Source of the DNA: Octopus vulgaris
Lineage: Eukaryota
Assembly: GCA_951406725.2 (NCBI GenBank)
Contig: OX597829.1
Location: 11,904,001-11,968,000, forward strand
Direction: 5' to 3'
DNA length: 64,000 nt
The position numbers were made by a program, and so were the translations under genes. Below the pieces are notes generated by a model, which saw only the letters and a list, made by a program, of their open reading frames with translations, did no database searches and was not told the DNA's origin. Of the stretch, positions 49,955-63,800 are shown piece after piece. The number at the start of each line of letters is the position of its first letter. Position 1 is the first letter of the stretch.

Positions 49955-52183
49955 CGTAGCGATGAATAATAATGTACAAAACACAACAGACAAACACATG
50001 AATGAGAAGGAAAACGAAACAAATCTAAAATCTGGAAACAACGAAGGGGAGCCTAATGAATATGATACTATAAAAATGAGAATAATCAAAGAGCTGAAAA
50101 CCACAGATCTCAGAATGGACCACCGCCCATACCTCCCAAAAATATAATTAGACAAAAAAACAACATCAATAACAAATAGCATAAACTTGGCCGTCACGGA
50201 ACTAATAATCACAGAAACAAATGGTAATATCACTGAGCTAAATGGCATAGTATATGCAGCATCCACTGCAACCACAAAAGAAGCTGGATACTTCCTCAAA
50301 CCCATCCAAGCAGCAGTACCACCACCCAAACAAACCCTGTGGATAAATAACATAAAATAACAAAAAACAAAAAAGAGAAAAGATCTGTCGATTCTTCACG
50401 AAATTAGAAGACAGTCAACAAGAAGAAAACAAAAATACTGTGCAAGGACAACATCACAGAAATAGATTTAACGACATACAGGCAGAGCCAGAGACAATGC
50501 CTGAATAGCTCACGAAAGGGAAAACCATCGTAATTTTCAAATCCAATGAAACGGCAAAACCACAAAACTACAGACCTATAACCTGTCTCCCTACAATGTA
50601 CAAAGCCCTTACTGCAGTAATATTGCAAAGATTGAACAAGCACCTAGACGAAAATAACCTGTTCCCAGAAGAGCAGGGTGCTGCAAGGGCTCATATGGCT
50701 GTAAAGATTAACAAATGATCAATAAAGCCATAACTGAAAGAAGAAAGCCTCAGCCACAGAAAGAAGAAAGGCCTCAGTATGGCTTGGATCGACTACCGAG
50801 TCGAGGTAGCGCCAACAATTATAAAATACATGACACTCTATGAATAAATGGCAGACATATTACTACAGCTCCAAACAAAAGAGGAACTCGTGAAAACCAA
50901 ACCCATCCCCATTAGAAGAGGAATATTCCAGGGAGACGCGCTCTATCCACTCCTCTTCTGCTTGGCACTGACACCTCGATCTGATATGCTAAATAGACCT
51001 GGATGCGGATACAAATGCTACGGCAAAACAATCAGCCACCTTTTATATATAGATGGCCTAAAACTATACGCTACAAATGACAAACAGCTGGAAACACTAT
51101 TAAAGACAGTTCATGGATTTACCAAAGAAATAGATATGAAATTTGGATTAGAAAAATGCGCCAAACCAACCCTGAAAAGAGGAAAGAGTAGCAACATCAC
51201 ACTAGATAAAACCAATGAAATAAGAGAATTAGACCAAAGCCAGACATACAAATATCTAAGAATCCATGAACTAGATATGATACAACACACACATATGAAA
51301 GAGAAAATAAAGAAAGAATACTATAGACAAGTTAGATCAATACTAAAAACAGATAATAGGTATTAATACTTTAGCCGTCCCTTTTATAAGTTACAGCTAC
51401 AATATTCTTAACTGGACACTAAATGAACTAACCAAAATAGATAGGAAAACAAGAAAAATAATGACAGGATCTAGGATGCACCACCCAAAATCTGACATAG
51501 AAAGACTATATATATAAAGTATTGAAGGTAGTAGAGGCCTTATACAGCTGGAAAACTACTATAAAATAACCACCATAGGACTGCAAAAATACCTACTTCA
51601 GAAGCAAGGAAAACTGATACAAATAGCGGCAAAACACGAGCAAAACACAAAAATCTGTTCTCCAAATTTAATGCAAACAAAAAAGAAGATGAAACAACAA
51701 AAGCTATAAAACAAATGAAATCCAAACTAAAACTAGAACAGCAACGGACCATGATAAAACGATGGCAAAAATAGCCCCTTCATGGGAAATGCTGGACTAA
51801 ACTAAATGCAAAAGAAATAGACAGAGAAAAATTCCAGCAATGGTTGAGAAGCTCAGGACTCAGAAATTACCAAAAACATAACAAGTAACTGCAGAATAGG
51901 TGGAGATGGACAAGAAACAATAAATCATGTTATCTCTGGCCAGCAACCATGGGATATGCCAATACACAGAGAAATTAAGGCCAATAGGCCAGATATAGTT
52001 GTCAGAGATCACGAAGAAAAAATGCTTTCTAATTGATGTGTCAATACCAGCAGATGACAACGTGTTTCTAAAAGAAATGGAGGAACCAACAGAGCATCAC
52101 AACAAATCGCAACACATACCCAAGTCACACAAAGCTGCGCTCGGTAGTGAAGTGAAAGCACGCTATAACAATAAAACTACTGA
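49955..52183 (+). mobile_element. R4/Dong family A, longer but multiply deleted copy between (TAA)n tracts
   Basis: 51045-52183 is homologous to 26150-27803; upstream pieces NYRPITCLPTMYK, WIDY, RRGIFQGD; YIDG in place of YMDD. Confidence 0.9.
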
Positions 52184-52301
52184 ATAATAATAATAATAAC
52201 AACAACAGCAACACCAACACCACCACCAACAACAACAACAATAATGATAATAAAAATAATAATAATATTAATAATGATAATGATAATAATATTAATAAAA
52301 A

Positions 52302-52355
<54 letters not shown>

Positions 52356-55300
52356 CAATTCTTTTATTGGCCACAAGGGCTGACAAAAATTAATTATTAC
52401 AAAAATAGGACAAAAACAGGACGAGAAGTTACAAAGGGTTTTGTTCATTTGTGAAAAAATCGTGTAAAAACAGTGTAACAATCAAAAATTATAACAATGA
52501 AAAACTTCCAATAGGGGGTGGAAAAACCCATAAAAGCCTGGTCAAAAGTGGGGTAGAGAGCCCCTTTCTCCTTTTATATTACCTTTTTAAATCACAGGTG
52601 TAACCTCAGAATGGCTCCTTTCATCCTAGCCATTCTTGCGACATTTATCCACCTTTCAGCAAACTTGCTATCGGACAGCACTTCCCTCTCTACTTTCATC
52701 TTCCTTTTCAAGTGAAACCTGAAAAAGTTGATGAAGCCTGAGCCAAAGAGGAAAGTGTCTGACCTTAGCCCTTTCAAACGGGTCCACCATACCACCTCTT
52801 TCGCTACAGCCACTAAGGTAAAGGAAAACAGCCTTGCCCTCCCGGTTAAAGGAGGTCGGCGGGGCAATCTTCAGTATGGATTCAGCTGATAGCCGGATCC
52901 GTCCTATACGTGACAGTAGCTTTTCGACATAAACCCATAGTTCAGCAATACTCGGACACTGGACGAGTGCGTGCAGAACGGTTTCGTCGTCCTGGCAGCA
53001 CCTCGGGCAGGTCCGGCTGACGGCACTTCCGTGCCGGTAGAGTTTATCTCGAACAGGCAGAGCCCCTCGGTAACACTGCCAGGCGAGGGACCTCTGGAAA
53101 TTATCCATTGGCCCCGGCCCGAAAATCCTTCCGAACAGACTGCTCAGCTCATTATCGTCAACGTCTAGAGTTTCCCCGAGAACGTCGTCGCACTTTTCTT
53201 CCACTAACCCTCTACAGAACGCTAGAGTGGAACTACTACCGATCGCATTGCCCGCTTGGCAGAGGGCAGAGAGAGCTTGACGGCACTCGAGGTACCAAGC
53301 GCCCTTTCTCGGTCTACGTTTGATCCATGTTTGCAGCTCTGTTAAAGAGACGAGCTGCGGAAAGTCGCGTCTGACAAAAGACGACCACACCTGTTCACCG
53401 TCTAGGAAACGCTTGAGATGACGCAGCCTGAGCGTATGTCTGCGCATCAGTAACCACGGCATGCCAAGGCCTCCGTTCAGCGGTCCTTGACAACAGATGG
53501 ATCGCCTGACCAGTGGTACCTGACCCTTCTACAAACAGTCGAAGAGCAGGCGTACCAGCTTGGCCAACAAGCGGTCGGGACAAGGGACGACGGTCAAGCG
53601 GTAATAGATGACGGATGCGATGTACGCATTCGCCACCTCCACTCGACCTTTCAAGGACAGCTTCCTCTCGGCTCATTTCTGGGTGAGTTTGGCCACCCTG
53701 CTCGTCACTTCTTCCCAGTTTTTATCCACCTGGAGATCTGGACCGAACCAAACCCCGAGCAGTTTAACGGGTCCGTCTGTCCAGCGCCCTACGACGCTGT
53801 TGGACGGCATGGACTTGCTTCTCCAGGTGCCCAGTTGCAAGCCCACAGACTTTTCCGCGTTAATCTGGCCCCTGTCACCGCTTCGTACTCGTTTAGCGTC
53901 TCGCCGATCAGGTCAATGTGCCTGTGGCTCGACACTATCACGGTGACGTCGTCGGCATAGGCAGACACGCTGTTTCCACCTCCTAGATCGCGCGGGATAC
54001 TCCTCAAAGCCTCCAACTTGCGCAGTAATGGCTCGAGAGTCAATACGTACAAGAGGGAAGGAGAGAGGGCATCCTTGGCGGACCGAACGCGAGATGCCAA
54101 ACGGCTCTGAAAGGTGACCGTTCACCCGTATTACCGAGCAGATGTTGCTGTATAAAGCAGCAATCCACCCGCGGAAGACTGGACCGAATCCGGCTACCTT
54201 GAGAACAGTTGCCAGGTATCGATGGTCGACCCTATCGAAGGCTTTACTCTGATCTAAATTTATCAAAGCCCCACCCGCGCCAGTGTCGTTACCCACCCTC
54301 TCTATGGTGTAGCGCATGAGATGGAGATTATCGTGTATCGACCTGGTCGGCACGGCGCATGTCTGCGCCTTGCCAACCAACTCGCCCACAACAAGCGCCA
54401 ATCTCTTGGCTTACACCTTGGCCAAAATCTTCAACTCTGCATTGAGCAGAGTGATGGGCCGAAAGTTGCATATAATGTCCCCCTTGTTTGGGTCCTTTCT
54501 CAGCAAAGCCACCACTCCTCGACAAACAAAAGCAGGAATTCTCCCGTTTTGCTGCCAGTTGCAGTAAACGTTTGCCAAGAGGCCCGCAAACAAGTCCGGC
54601 ATTGAAATGTAAAGCTCGTAGGGCAGACCATTCAAACCCGGCGATCTACCTCTCGTGCAGCTTTTCATTGCTTCTTCCACTTCCCAGGCAGATATCGGCC
54701 TTTCGCAGCACTCTGTCTCGCTGTCCGAGAGTTACGGTAGGCCATCCAGGTACATACCGAAGTCTGTACCGTTGTCCGTCCCCACCGTTCGTCCAAAACA
54801 GTTGAGCAAAGTGCCGCTGAAACACCGCACACATCTGCTTCGGCTCGGAAACCTCGCTCCCGTTCTGGTCCACCAAAGACCGAATGGTCGCTTTGTTATC
54901 CCGCTTCACCTCCGCCACGCGGGCCCATCGAGCGGCCTTAGTTCCCTCCCCGCTTAGCGAACACGCCTTAGCTCTGTCAACGCAGCCTTCGTGTTTGGTG
55001 TCAAAGGTCGAGGGCCAACCTAGCCGCCAACACGTCGGTTGCGATGCCTGTCTCAAGAGCCTCGTCTAGTTTTCTAACGAAATCCCGCTCCGTTTTCCTA
55101 CGTTCTACAGCTAGAGCCTTACTAAACCTAATCGACTCTGCTCTAAATTGCTCTCTCGAGTGCAAACAACCAGTTGTTGTTGATGATTGCCCCCGTGAGT
55201 GTCCGTTTAACTAATAAACTAATCCGGTCTCTGTAGGCTTTACACACCGTTAACGACGCGTTTAGCTTCCAGTAGCCTATCTAAGTCGACCGTACAGATC

Positions 55301-55696
55301 ATGAATTTGTGGTCCGTGTAGTCGACTAGGTGAAATTGTGGACACCCTATGCTGTCCTTATCCGCTGGCCTACAGAACACTCTATCTAAGTACGATCTAG
55401 ACGACCCGATGCGATTAGTCCAAGTTCACATTGGCACATTCGGGTCGTCTAGTCGAAACCTATCGGACAGCTGAAAGCGTCCGAGTAGGTTGGAGAGGCT
55501 CTTGCACCCCCCCTCTCCTATCAGATGCTCCCCTGCCCACCCGATCGAAACGTTCGTCTAAGACAGCGTTCCAATCCCCAACTAGTACTAGATAGCGTGA
55601 CGTTCCCAGGCAAACTTCCAGATGCTTAAAATAATCGGACTGCCCTGCTCCTGTTGGAGCGTAGGCAGCCAGCAGTCTGAAAGCACCGCCATCACT
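52356..55696 (-). mobile_element. Tx1-clade LINE family 2, 5'-truncated within the APE domain, embedded in (TAA)n
   Basis: Homologous to 32684-35710; RSPGLNGLPYELY, NFRPITLLNAELK, VRQGCPL, SAYADDVT, CPRC..ETVLHALVQC; ends CCAATAAAAGAATTG then ATT repeats. Confidence 0.93.
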
Positions 55697-55716
55697 AACC
55701 CTAACCCTAACCCTAA
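55695..55716 (-). repeat. Short (TTAGGG)n telomere-type tract
   Basis: CTAACCCTAACCCTAACCCTAA at the 5' junction of the Tx1 copy. Confidence 0.85.
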
Positions 55717-55720
55717 TAAA

Positions 55721-55761
<41 letters not shown>

Positions 55762-55847
55762 CAACAACAACAACAATAATAATAATAATAATAACAACAA
55801 TAATAATAATAATATTAATAATAATAATAATAATAATAATAATGATG

Positions 55848-55926
<79 letters not shown>

Positions 55927-55934
55927 TGATGATG

Positions 55935-55989
<55 letters not shown>

Positions 55990-55997
55990 TGATGATG

Positions 55998-56088
<91 letters not shown>

Positions 56089-56104
56089 TAATAATAATAA
56101 TAAT
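55717..56104. repeat. Long (TAA)n tract with CAA and TGA variants
   Basis: Seen directly in the sequence. Confidence 0.97.
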
Positions 56105-56109
56105 ACACC

Positions 56110-57542
56110 ATATCAATGGTGCCTTGTTGATGCGGTGTATAATTTTAGTACTGATATCAGAATGATGTTCGGACTGAAAAAGTTCGGTTTGTTAGAGAGG
56201 CAAAATCAAATGTATGGATTGGCTAGCGATACCATCGGGGGAGGTTGTGAAGCAGGTAGAAGAGACGGGCAATAAGTAGTTGGGGATTTTGGAAATGGAC
56301 AAACTGCTGGAGAAAGAAGTGACAGAAAAATCTAAGGTGGAGTACTTGCGCAGATTGAGACTGATCCTTAAGTCGAAATTAAACGGACGGAATAAGATTG
56401 AAGCTATCAACACCTGGGTGGTTTCACTCTTTAGGTATGGAGCAGGGGTAATCGCATGGACAGTAGACGACCTAAACAATTTAGACAAAAAGACAGGGAA
56501 GTTTCTGACTAGATATGGGATACTCCAGCCCAAAAGTGGCATAGACAGATTGTATGTACTAAGAAAAAGAAGAGGACTGATTGGATGCGAACACAGTATT
56601 AAAGCAGAAGAAAACAACATATCGTGGTATGTAAAGATGCCACAGAACCGCTATTATTGGAAGTAAGAAGGTCATGTTTATGTAGGATGGAAGATTGCAA
56701 AGATAAAGCGCTGACAAAGAATTGAGAATGAATGAGACTGAAAATAGCTGTTTTAAGAAAAGAATGCATGGACAATTTCATAAAGATGTTGAAGATAAGA
56801 CAGACAGAGAAAAAAGATGGATGACTAAAAGTGAATTAAAACTGGAAGCGGAGTCGGTAATCTATGCTGCCCAGGAGCAAGCATTAAGAACCAATTACAT
56901 CAAATACAGAATAAACAACACATCAGAAAGTGATAAGTGCAGAATTTGTGGACAAAATGGTGAAACCGTATGGCATATTACTAGTCAATATACGCCACTA
57001 GACCAAAATGACTATGAAACGTCATGACAATATGGCAAGGAATGTCCATTGGAGACTTTGCAACAAGTATGGACTTAACAGAGCAAAAATGTGGTACGGA
57101 CATAAACCGGAAGGCATCCTCGACAATGATAATGCAAAGATCCTGTGGGATTTTATGAGTCAGTGCAACCATGAGATAGAGATTAGGAAACCAGATATAG
57201 TCTTAATTGAGAAAGAAAGCAAACGAGGCTGGATCATAGATATAGCATGCCCAGCTGACAACAAGGTATGCGATAAGGAAGAAAGAAAAGTTGATAGATA
57301 TGACAGGTTAAGCAGTTGTGGTCGATGAAAAAGGTGGTAGTAGTACCAATAAGTGTCGGAGCCTTGGGAACAGTGAGTAAGAATGCTGAGAAGTACATGG
57401 AACAAATAGGGGTTGTAATGAAGGTGGAGTAATTGCAGAAAGCAGAACTGCTTGGAACCGCTCGAATACTTCGGATGGTGCTCGAAAAATGAGGCGTTAC
57501 CTTAGTTCGCTGGTAGTGACTTCTGACACCGTAGTACATCTC
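56110..57542 (+). mobile_element. R4/Dong family F, degenerate 3' half
   Basis: STDIRMMFGLKK, EYLRRLRLILKSKLNGRNKIEAINTW, AAQEQALRTNY, CRICGQNGETVWHI, RHDN, KPDIVLIEK. Confidence 0.88.
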
Positions 57543-58268
57543 CGATTCTGTAACGATGAGATTGAAACATTAGACCACCTAATCTCAGGGTGTAGAGTTT
57601 TAGCACCTGCAGAATATAAAGCAAGACATGACAGAGTCGGTCAGTATTTACATTGGACAATATGTCGGCATTATAAAATCAAAACCGCTGACTAGTGGTA
57701 TAAACACCATCCTGAAGCTGTGACTGAGGGAGAAAATGTGTCGATTCTATGGGACTTCCCCGTACATACCGACAAGACTATAAAAGTTAATAAACCGGAT
57801 ATTATTATAAAAGATCAGACAAAAATGCTGTGTTTATTAATTGACATAAGTATCCCTTGCGATCACAATATAGCGGCGAAAGAATTTGACAAGATTAGTA
57901 AATATAAAGACCTATTAATAGAAATTGAAAAAATGTGGCATCTCAATGCGACTACAGTACCAGTGATTGTAGGATCTCTAGGAATGATAAAAAAAGGAAC
58001 TGAAACCTATTTGAAAATGATTCCAGGCTTACCATCCCTACAAGAAGTGCAAAAAATCGTATTAACTGGAACGGCTTATGTACTAATAGAGCATTATCGC
58101 TGTGAAAACAACATTAGCCATGAATTTATTTATTAATTTTTAAATACATATTTTATCTGTGAATTTGCGTGTGTAATCTGGGAATGCATACAATGAGCTT
58201 CTCTGCCCTAGGTGTATGGAAAACACTCGGCGAGAAACGGAAGAAAATTTGAAGAAAGAAGGAAATAC
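57542..58268 (+). mobile_element. R4/Dong family G (relative of B), 3' fragment
   Basis: RFCNDEIETLDHLISGC, RHD, KPDIII; UTR motif similar to 32200-32270; ends in (TAA)n. Confidence 0.88.
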
Positions 58269-58350
<82 letters not shown>

Positions 58351-58389
58351 TGATGATGATGATGATGACGACGACGACGACAACAACAG

Positions 58390-60584
58390 ACAGCAGCATA
58401 TTCCCTAATGAACAGAAAGGATGTAAACGTGGATCCTACGGCTGTAAAGATCAACTAATCATCAATAAGATGATCTTAGAAGATTGTCACAAACGACACA
58501 AAAACTTATCAATAGCCTGGATAGACTATAAAAAGGCTTTTGATAGCCTACCACATAGCTGGATTGGGAAATGCCTTGAAATGTATAAGATAGCACCTAC
58601 TCTGCGAAACTTTTTGACTGTAAGTATGAGATCATGGAGAACCACACTAACTCTGAACAGTGACAATGAATCCCTAAATGCTGGTGATGTAAAAATTTCA
58701 TGTGGCATTTTCCAGGGTGACTCACTGTCACCACTCCTCTTTTGTTTAGCCTTAATACCTCTCTCAAAACTGCTCAATGACGCGCAGTACGGGTATAAAA
58801 TGTTTGATAAAAATACAAATCATCTCATTTACATGGATGATTTAAAGCTTTTTGCAAAAAATGACCAACAACTCAAGGGCTTACTAGCGATAGTCAAACA
58901 ATTCAGTGACGACATCAGAATGCAATTCGGCCTCGATAAATGTGCAAAAGCTACCTTTATCAAAGGAAAAATGACAGAAACATCTAACGTTAACCTTGAC
59001 CAGCAGAATGCCATAAAAGAACTAGACCCAGCGGAGAGCTACAAGTACCTAGGGGTAATTGAAGAGAACGGAATAAGGCATTCAGAGATGAAGGAAAGGA
59101 TCAGGAGAGAATGTTATCGAAGAGTGAGAGCAATACTGAAGACAGAGCTGAATGCAAGAAACAGGATCGAAGCGATCAATGCATTAGCCATACCAGTCGT
59201 GACTTACAGTTTCAATATCGTTAACTGGTCAATTACTGAAATATGTAATCTTGACAGAAAAATACAAAAACTGTTGACAATGCATAGAATGCACCACCCT
59301 AAGGCAGATATAGAACGACTTTATCCGCCAAGAAAAGAGGGAGGCCGTGGACTTTTACAACTAGCATTAACAATGAAGATTGTCACAATTGGCCTAGACA
59401 CCTACAGGAAAAACTCTGAGGACTGGATGTTAAAACTTGTCTCAAAACATGAAAACAAGAAAGCATCATACTCAGCAACAAAACAGGCAAAGGAATATCT
59501 AAGTGAATTCCGAATACAACAAATTTCGGAATTAGAGATAGACATACAAGAAACAGGCACATAAAAAGCTAGGCGCATGAAAACCCGTGCCAAAACTGCG
59601 GCCTTAGATATTCAGAATAATAAATGGCAAGAAAAACCTCTCTATGGCAAATACCCAAAGAGAGCGAATAATGCAGATGTTGACAAAGCCCTGACCCATC
59701 AATGGCTAATGGCCTCTGGCTTAAAATCTGAAACAGAAGGGTTTATCATAGCACCTCAAGATCAATGCCTACCAACAAGAAACTACCAGGCCAACATATT
59801 AAAGAACGGCAGTAGCCCAACATGTGGTGTATGCCGACCACAAAAGGAAACCATTGATCATGTTGTCTCCAAATGCAGTCTTCTAGCGCCTACAGAGTAC
59901 CTCAAAAGGCATGATAGAGCTGCACAATATATTCACTGGGTAATTTGCAAAAACCTGGATTTGCCCCATGAATAAAACTGGTGGGAACACAATCCACCTC
60001 CAGTGCTTGAAAATGACCACATCTCACTCCTCTGGAACTTCTCCATTCAAACTGACAGAAAGATAGATGCAAATAGGCCAGGCATCATATTGAAAGACTT
60101 CAGACAAAGAACATGCCTCCTCATTGATATGACTGTCCCAATCGATATAAATGTATCTGTCAAGACCTACCAAAAACTGAGCAAATATAAAGATCTTGAA
60201 ATAGAAATCAGCAAAATGTGGAACATGAAGACTAAAACAATACATGTTGTCATAGGTGCCCTGGGAATGATAGCAAAAGGGGCTGATTGCTACCTAACTC
60301 AGATACCAGGAAACCCCAAAATGGCAGAAATTCAAAGGATAGTGCTCATGGGAACTGTTCATATCCTACGCAAAATACTCTCTATGTAATCTCAAGTTTA
60401 AAAACAAACATAATTTTCGTATGTTTTTTTTTTAGACATTCACTTGTACAATACTAAGTACAAAACCAAATATATGGCATACTAAGCATAACAACAACAT
60501 GAACTTCCAACCTGTTGTCTCTTGAAGTCTCTGGGTAAAACTTGGCGCCAACTTGTACAACTATAAAGCAAAAGTCAAACATAG
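58390..60584 (+). mobile_element. R4/Dong family C, RT to 3' end, between trinucleotide tracts
   Basis: [34 protein letters not shown]; in-frame stops near 59562 and 59973; ends CAAACATAGAA(TAA)n. Confidence 0.94.
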
Positions 60585-60624
60585 AATAATAATAATAATA
60601 ATAATAATAATGATGATAATGATA

Positions 60625-60674
<50 letters not shown>

Positions 60675-60684
60675 AATGATAATG

Positions 60685-60721
<37 letters not shown>

Positions 60722-60743
60722 CAATAACAACAATAATAATAAT

Positions 60744-60835
<92 letters not shown>

Positions 60836-60870
60836 CAGACTCACAGACTCACAATAATAATAATAAGAAG
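60585..60870. repeat. Compound (TAA)/(TGA)/(CAA) microsatellite
   Basis: Seen directly in the sequence. Confidence 0.95.
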
Positions 60871-60871
60871 A

Positions 60872-63800
60872 AGAAATAACAGACTCACAGACAGTGAAAT
60901 AAGCGCGATCAAGCACGCAACGGAAAATGACATAAATATAAGACACAAAGGAAATGAAGAATCAGATGAACAGTATAGCCCGCCACGAGGCTTAATTGAA
61001 AGACTGTCATCTGACCAAAGTACGCAAAGGCCTGAAGATACAAGAAATTCTATTGTACCTGTTAAAGATAGCCAGGAAAACGAAAAAACAACAGTAACTG
61101 AAGATCTCGCATTTGCTGAAGAACACAGAGAGTCTATGGCAGAAATGAGGCAGAAAATCCTGAATACGCTTGAAGTTGTAAGACATACAAGTATGAATGA
61201 TAGAGAACCACTTCATAAACTCTCAAATACAAACCAAAATAAAAAACAAATCCAAATTGGCAACTATGTAACAAATGAAATAATACGAGAATTAAAACCT
61301 GATTTTACTGAGTTAAATGAAATTATATACGCTTCTGCTAGGGCAATTGAAACCAGCTGTATGCCCCCGAAAAAACAAGGAAAACAAAACCTGGGAAGAA
61401 ATCAAACATGGAGAAGTAAAATTGAAAAAGAGATTGAATTTATGAGAGGGGAAATATCAATATTAAATGAACTAATATGTCGAAATGATGTAAGATCCAG
61501 AACAGGAAGAAAGATGAAGAGAAAATTTGGATCCTCATCAAGAGAAGAACTGATATCAATAAAAGAAACGCTGAAACAAAAAGTCCAAGCAAAAGCCCAA
61601 AGAATACGAAGATTTGAGAAGAGAAACATGTTTTACAAGCAAAATAAGCTGTTCACATCCAATGCCAAAAAATTCTACAGAGAAATAGGGAAGGAGAAAG
61701 TAACCGCTAAAGACCCCCCTCCCATGGAAGAAGTTCAAAACTTTTGGAAAAGGATTTGGAGTGACAAGAAGACGTACAACATAAATGCAGACTGGATTAT
61801 ACAAACTGAAGGATCCTACCAAAATTTACAACAAGCATGGGAAGGCATCACAATAGCAGACCTAAGAAAGGCACTCACGAAGGCCCATAATTGGAAATCC
61901 CCCGGTAAAGATAGGGTGCCGAATTTCTGGCTCGCATCGCTCCCATGCGCACACGGTAAGCTAGTTCAGCTGCTCAATGGAATTATGAGAGACCCAAAGA
62001 AAACACCTGAATGGTTAGCAAGTGGCATTACTTACCTACTCCCAAAGAATAACGAAACCAACCTTCCAAAAAACTATCAGCCTATAACCTGTCTATCAAC
62101 CACGTATAAAATCCTAACATCTATCCTGGCGGAGAAAACATGCATTCATGGAGAAGAACGATATTTTCCCCATTGAACAAAAAGGGTGCCGCCGAGGCTC
62201 TTACGGATGCAAAGGTCAACTGCTAATTAATCGTATGATCCTTGAGAACTGTCACAACAAGCGCAGAAATCTCAGCAGCGCATGGATTGACTATATAAAG
62301 GCCTTCGACAGTATACCGCATCCATGGATCTTGAGATCGCTGGACATCTTCAAAATTTCCCCTGTGATTTCAAGCTTCCTGAAGCACAATATGTCGTTGT
62401 GGAATACGAATCTCCTATTATACCACTCTAATGGAGTACTTGCCTCAGAAAATATAAACATCAACTGTGGAATTTTTCAAGGTGACTCACTTTCACCTTT
62501 AATATTCTGCATAGCCCTAATACCCCTTACAAGTGAATTAAACAGTACAGAGTATGGGTATAAAATTGCCAATAAAAAAATAAGCCATCTATTTTATATG
62601 GATGACTTAAAACTTTATGGTAAAGACAATAATGAACTTGAAGGCCTATTGCGCACTGTGAAAGCATTCAGCGATGACATCGGGATGGAGTTTGGACTTG
62701 AGAAGTGTGCCAAGGCCACTTTCCAGAAAGGGAAAGTGAAGACCACAAATTCAGTCGTGTTAGATGTTGACACAGTCATAAGAGAGCTTGAGCAAGAACA
62801 AACATACAAATATTTAGGGATAAATGAAGGCTCTGGTATTCAGCATGCAAGCATGAAAGAGAAGATCAGGAAGGAATGTTATAGGAGAGTTCGTGCAGTC
62901 CTGAAATCTGAACTAAATGCACGTAACAAGGTGTTAGCTATAAATTCCTTAGCAGTTCCAGTTGTTACTTATAGCTACAATGTGTTGAACTGGAATATGA
63001 GTGAAGTAAATAATATAGATAGGAAAATACGCAAGCTGCTGAGTTGTAATAGGATGCACCACCCAAAGGCAGACGTAGATCGCCTTTACCTTCCGAGAGC
63101 CCAAGGAGGTCGAGGCCTGATCCAATTTGAACTAGCTTACAAAACAACCACAATTGGACTGGCCAAATATCTCGAAATATCGAATGACTGGATGCTAAAG
63201 CTCGTGGAAAATCACGAGAGACGAAAGAAGCTTCATTCTATCATAAAGGAAAGCAAAAAATTTGCTATTGATCTCGTGCAGGATACCCAAACTGAACAAC
63301 CCGAGGGAAGTACGGCAACTATTGTTGCAAAGAAGGTGAAAATGATGGCAACGAAAAAAGCGAACGAGCAATTGGCTGATAGGTGGGAGGAGAAACCTCT
63401 TCACGGCAAATATGTGACCCGCAGCAAACAAGCTGATGTTGACCAGAAGCAAACCCATCAGTGGCTGCGGAGCTCAGGGCTAAAAGCAGAGAGCGAAGGT
63501 TTCATCCTGGCTGCTCAAGACCAAAGCCTATCAACCCGGAACTACCAGGCCAATGTGATGAAAAATGGAGCAGACCCAAAATGCCGATTCTGCAACGACA
63601 TGATTGAAACAGTGGACCACCTAATCTCTGGATGTAAAGTCTTAGCACCAGTGGAGTATAAATTAAGACATGACAGAGTTGGCCAATATCTACACTGGCT
63701 AATAAGTCGGCATTACAATATCAAAACTGCCGACAAGTGGTATAATCACCACCCTGAGGCTGTAACTGAAGGAGAAAATGTAACCATTCTGTGGGACTTT

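Noticed and set aside
25908-60946. Poly-I/N/Y/L and SLSL-type ORFs
   Set aside because: Translations of microsatellites.
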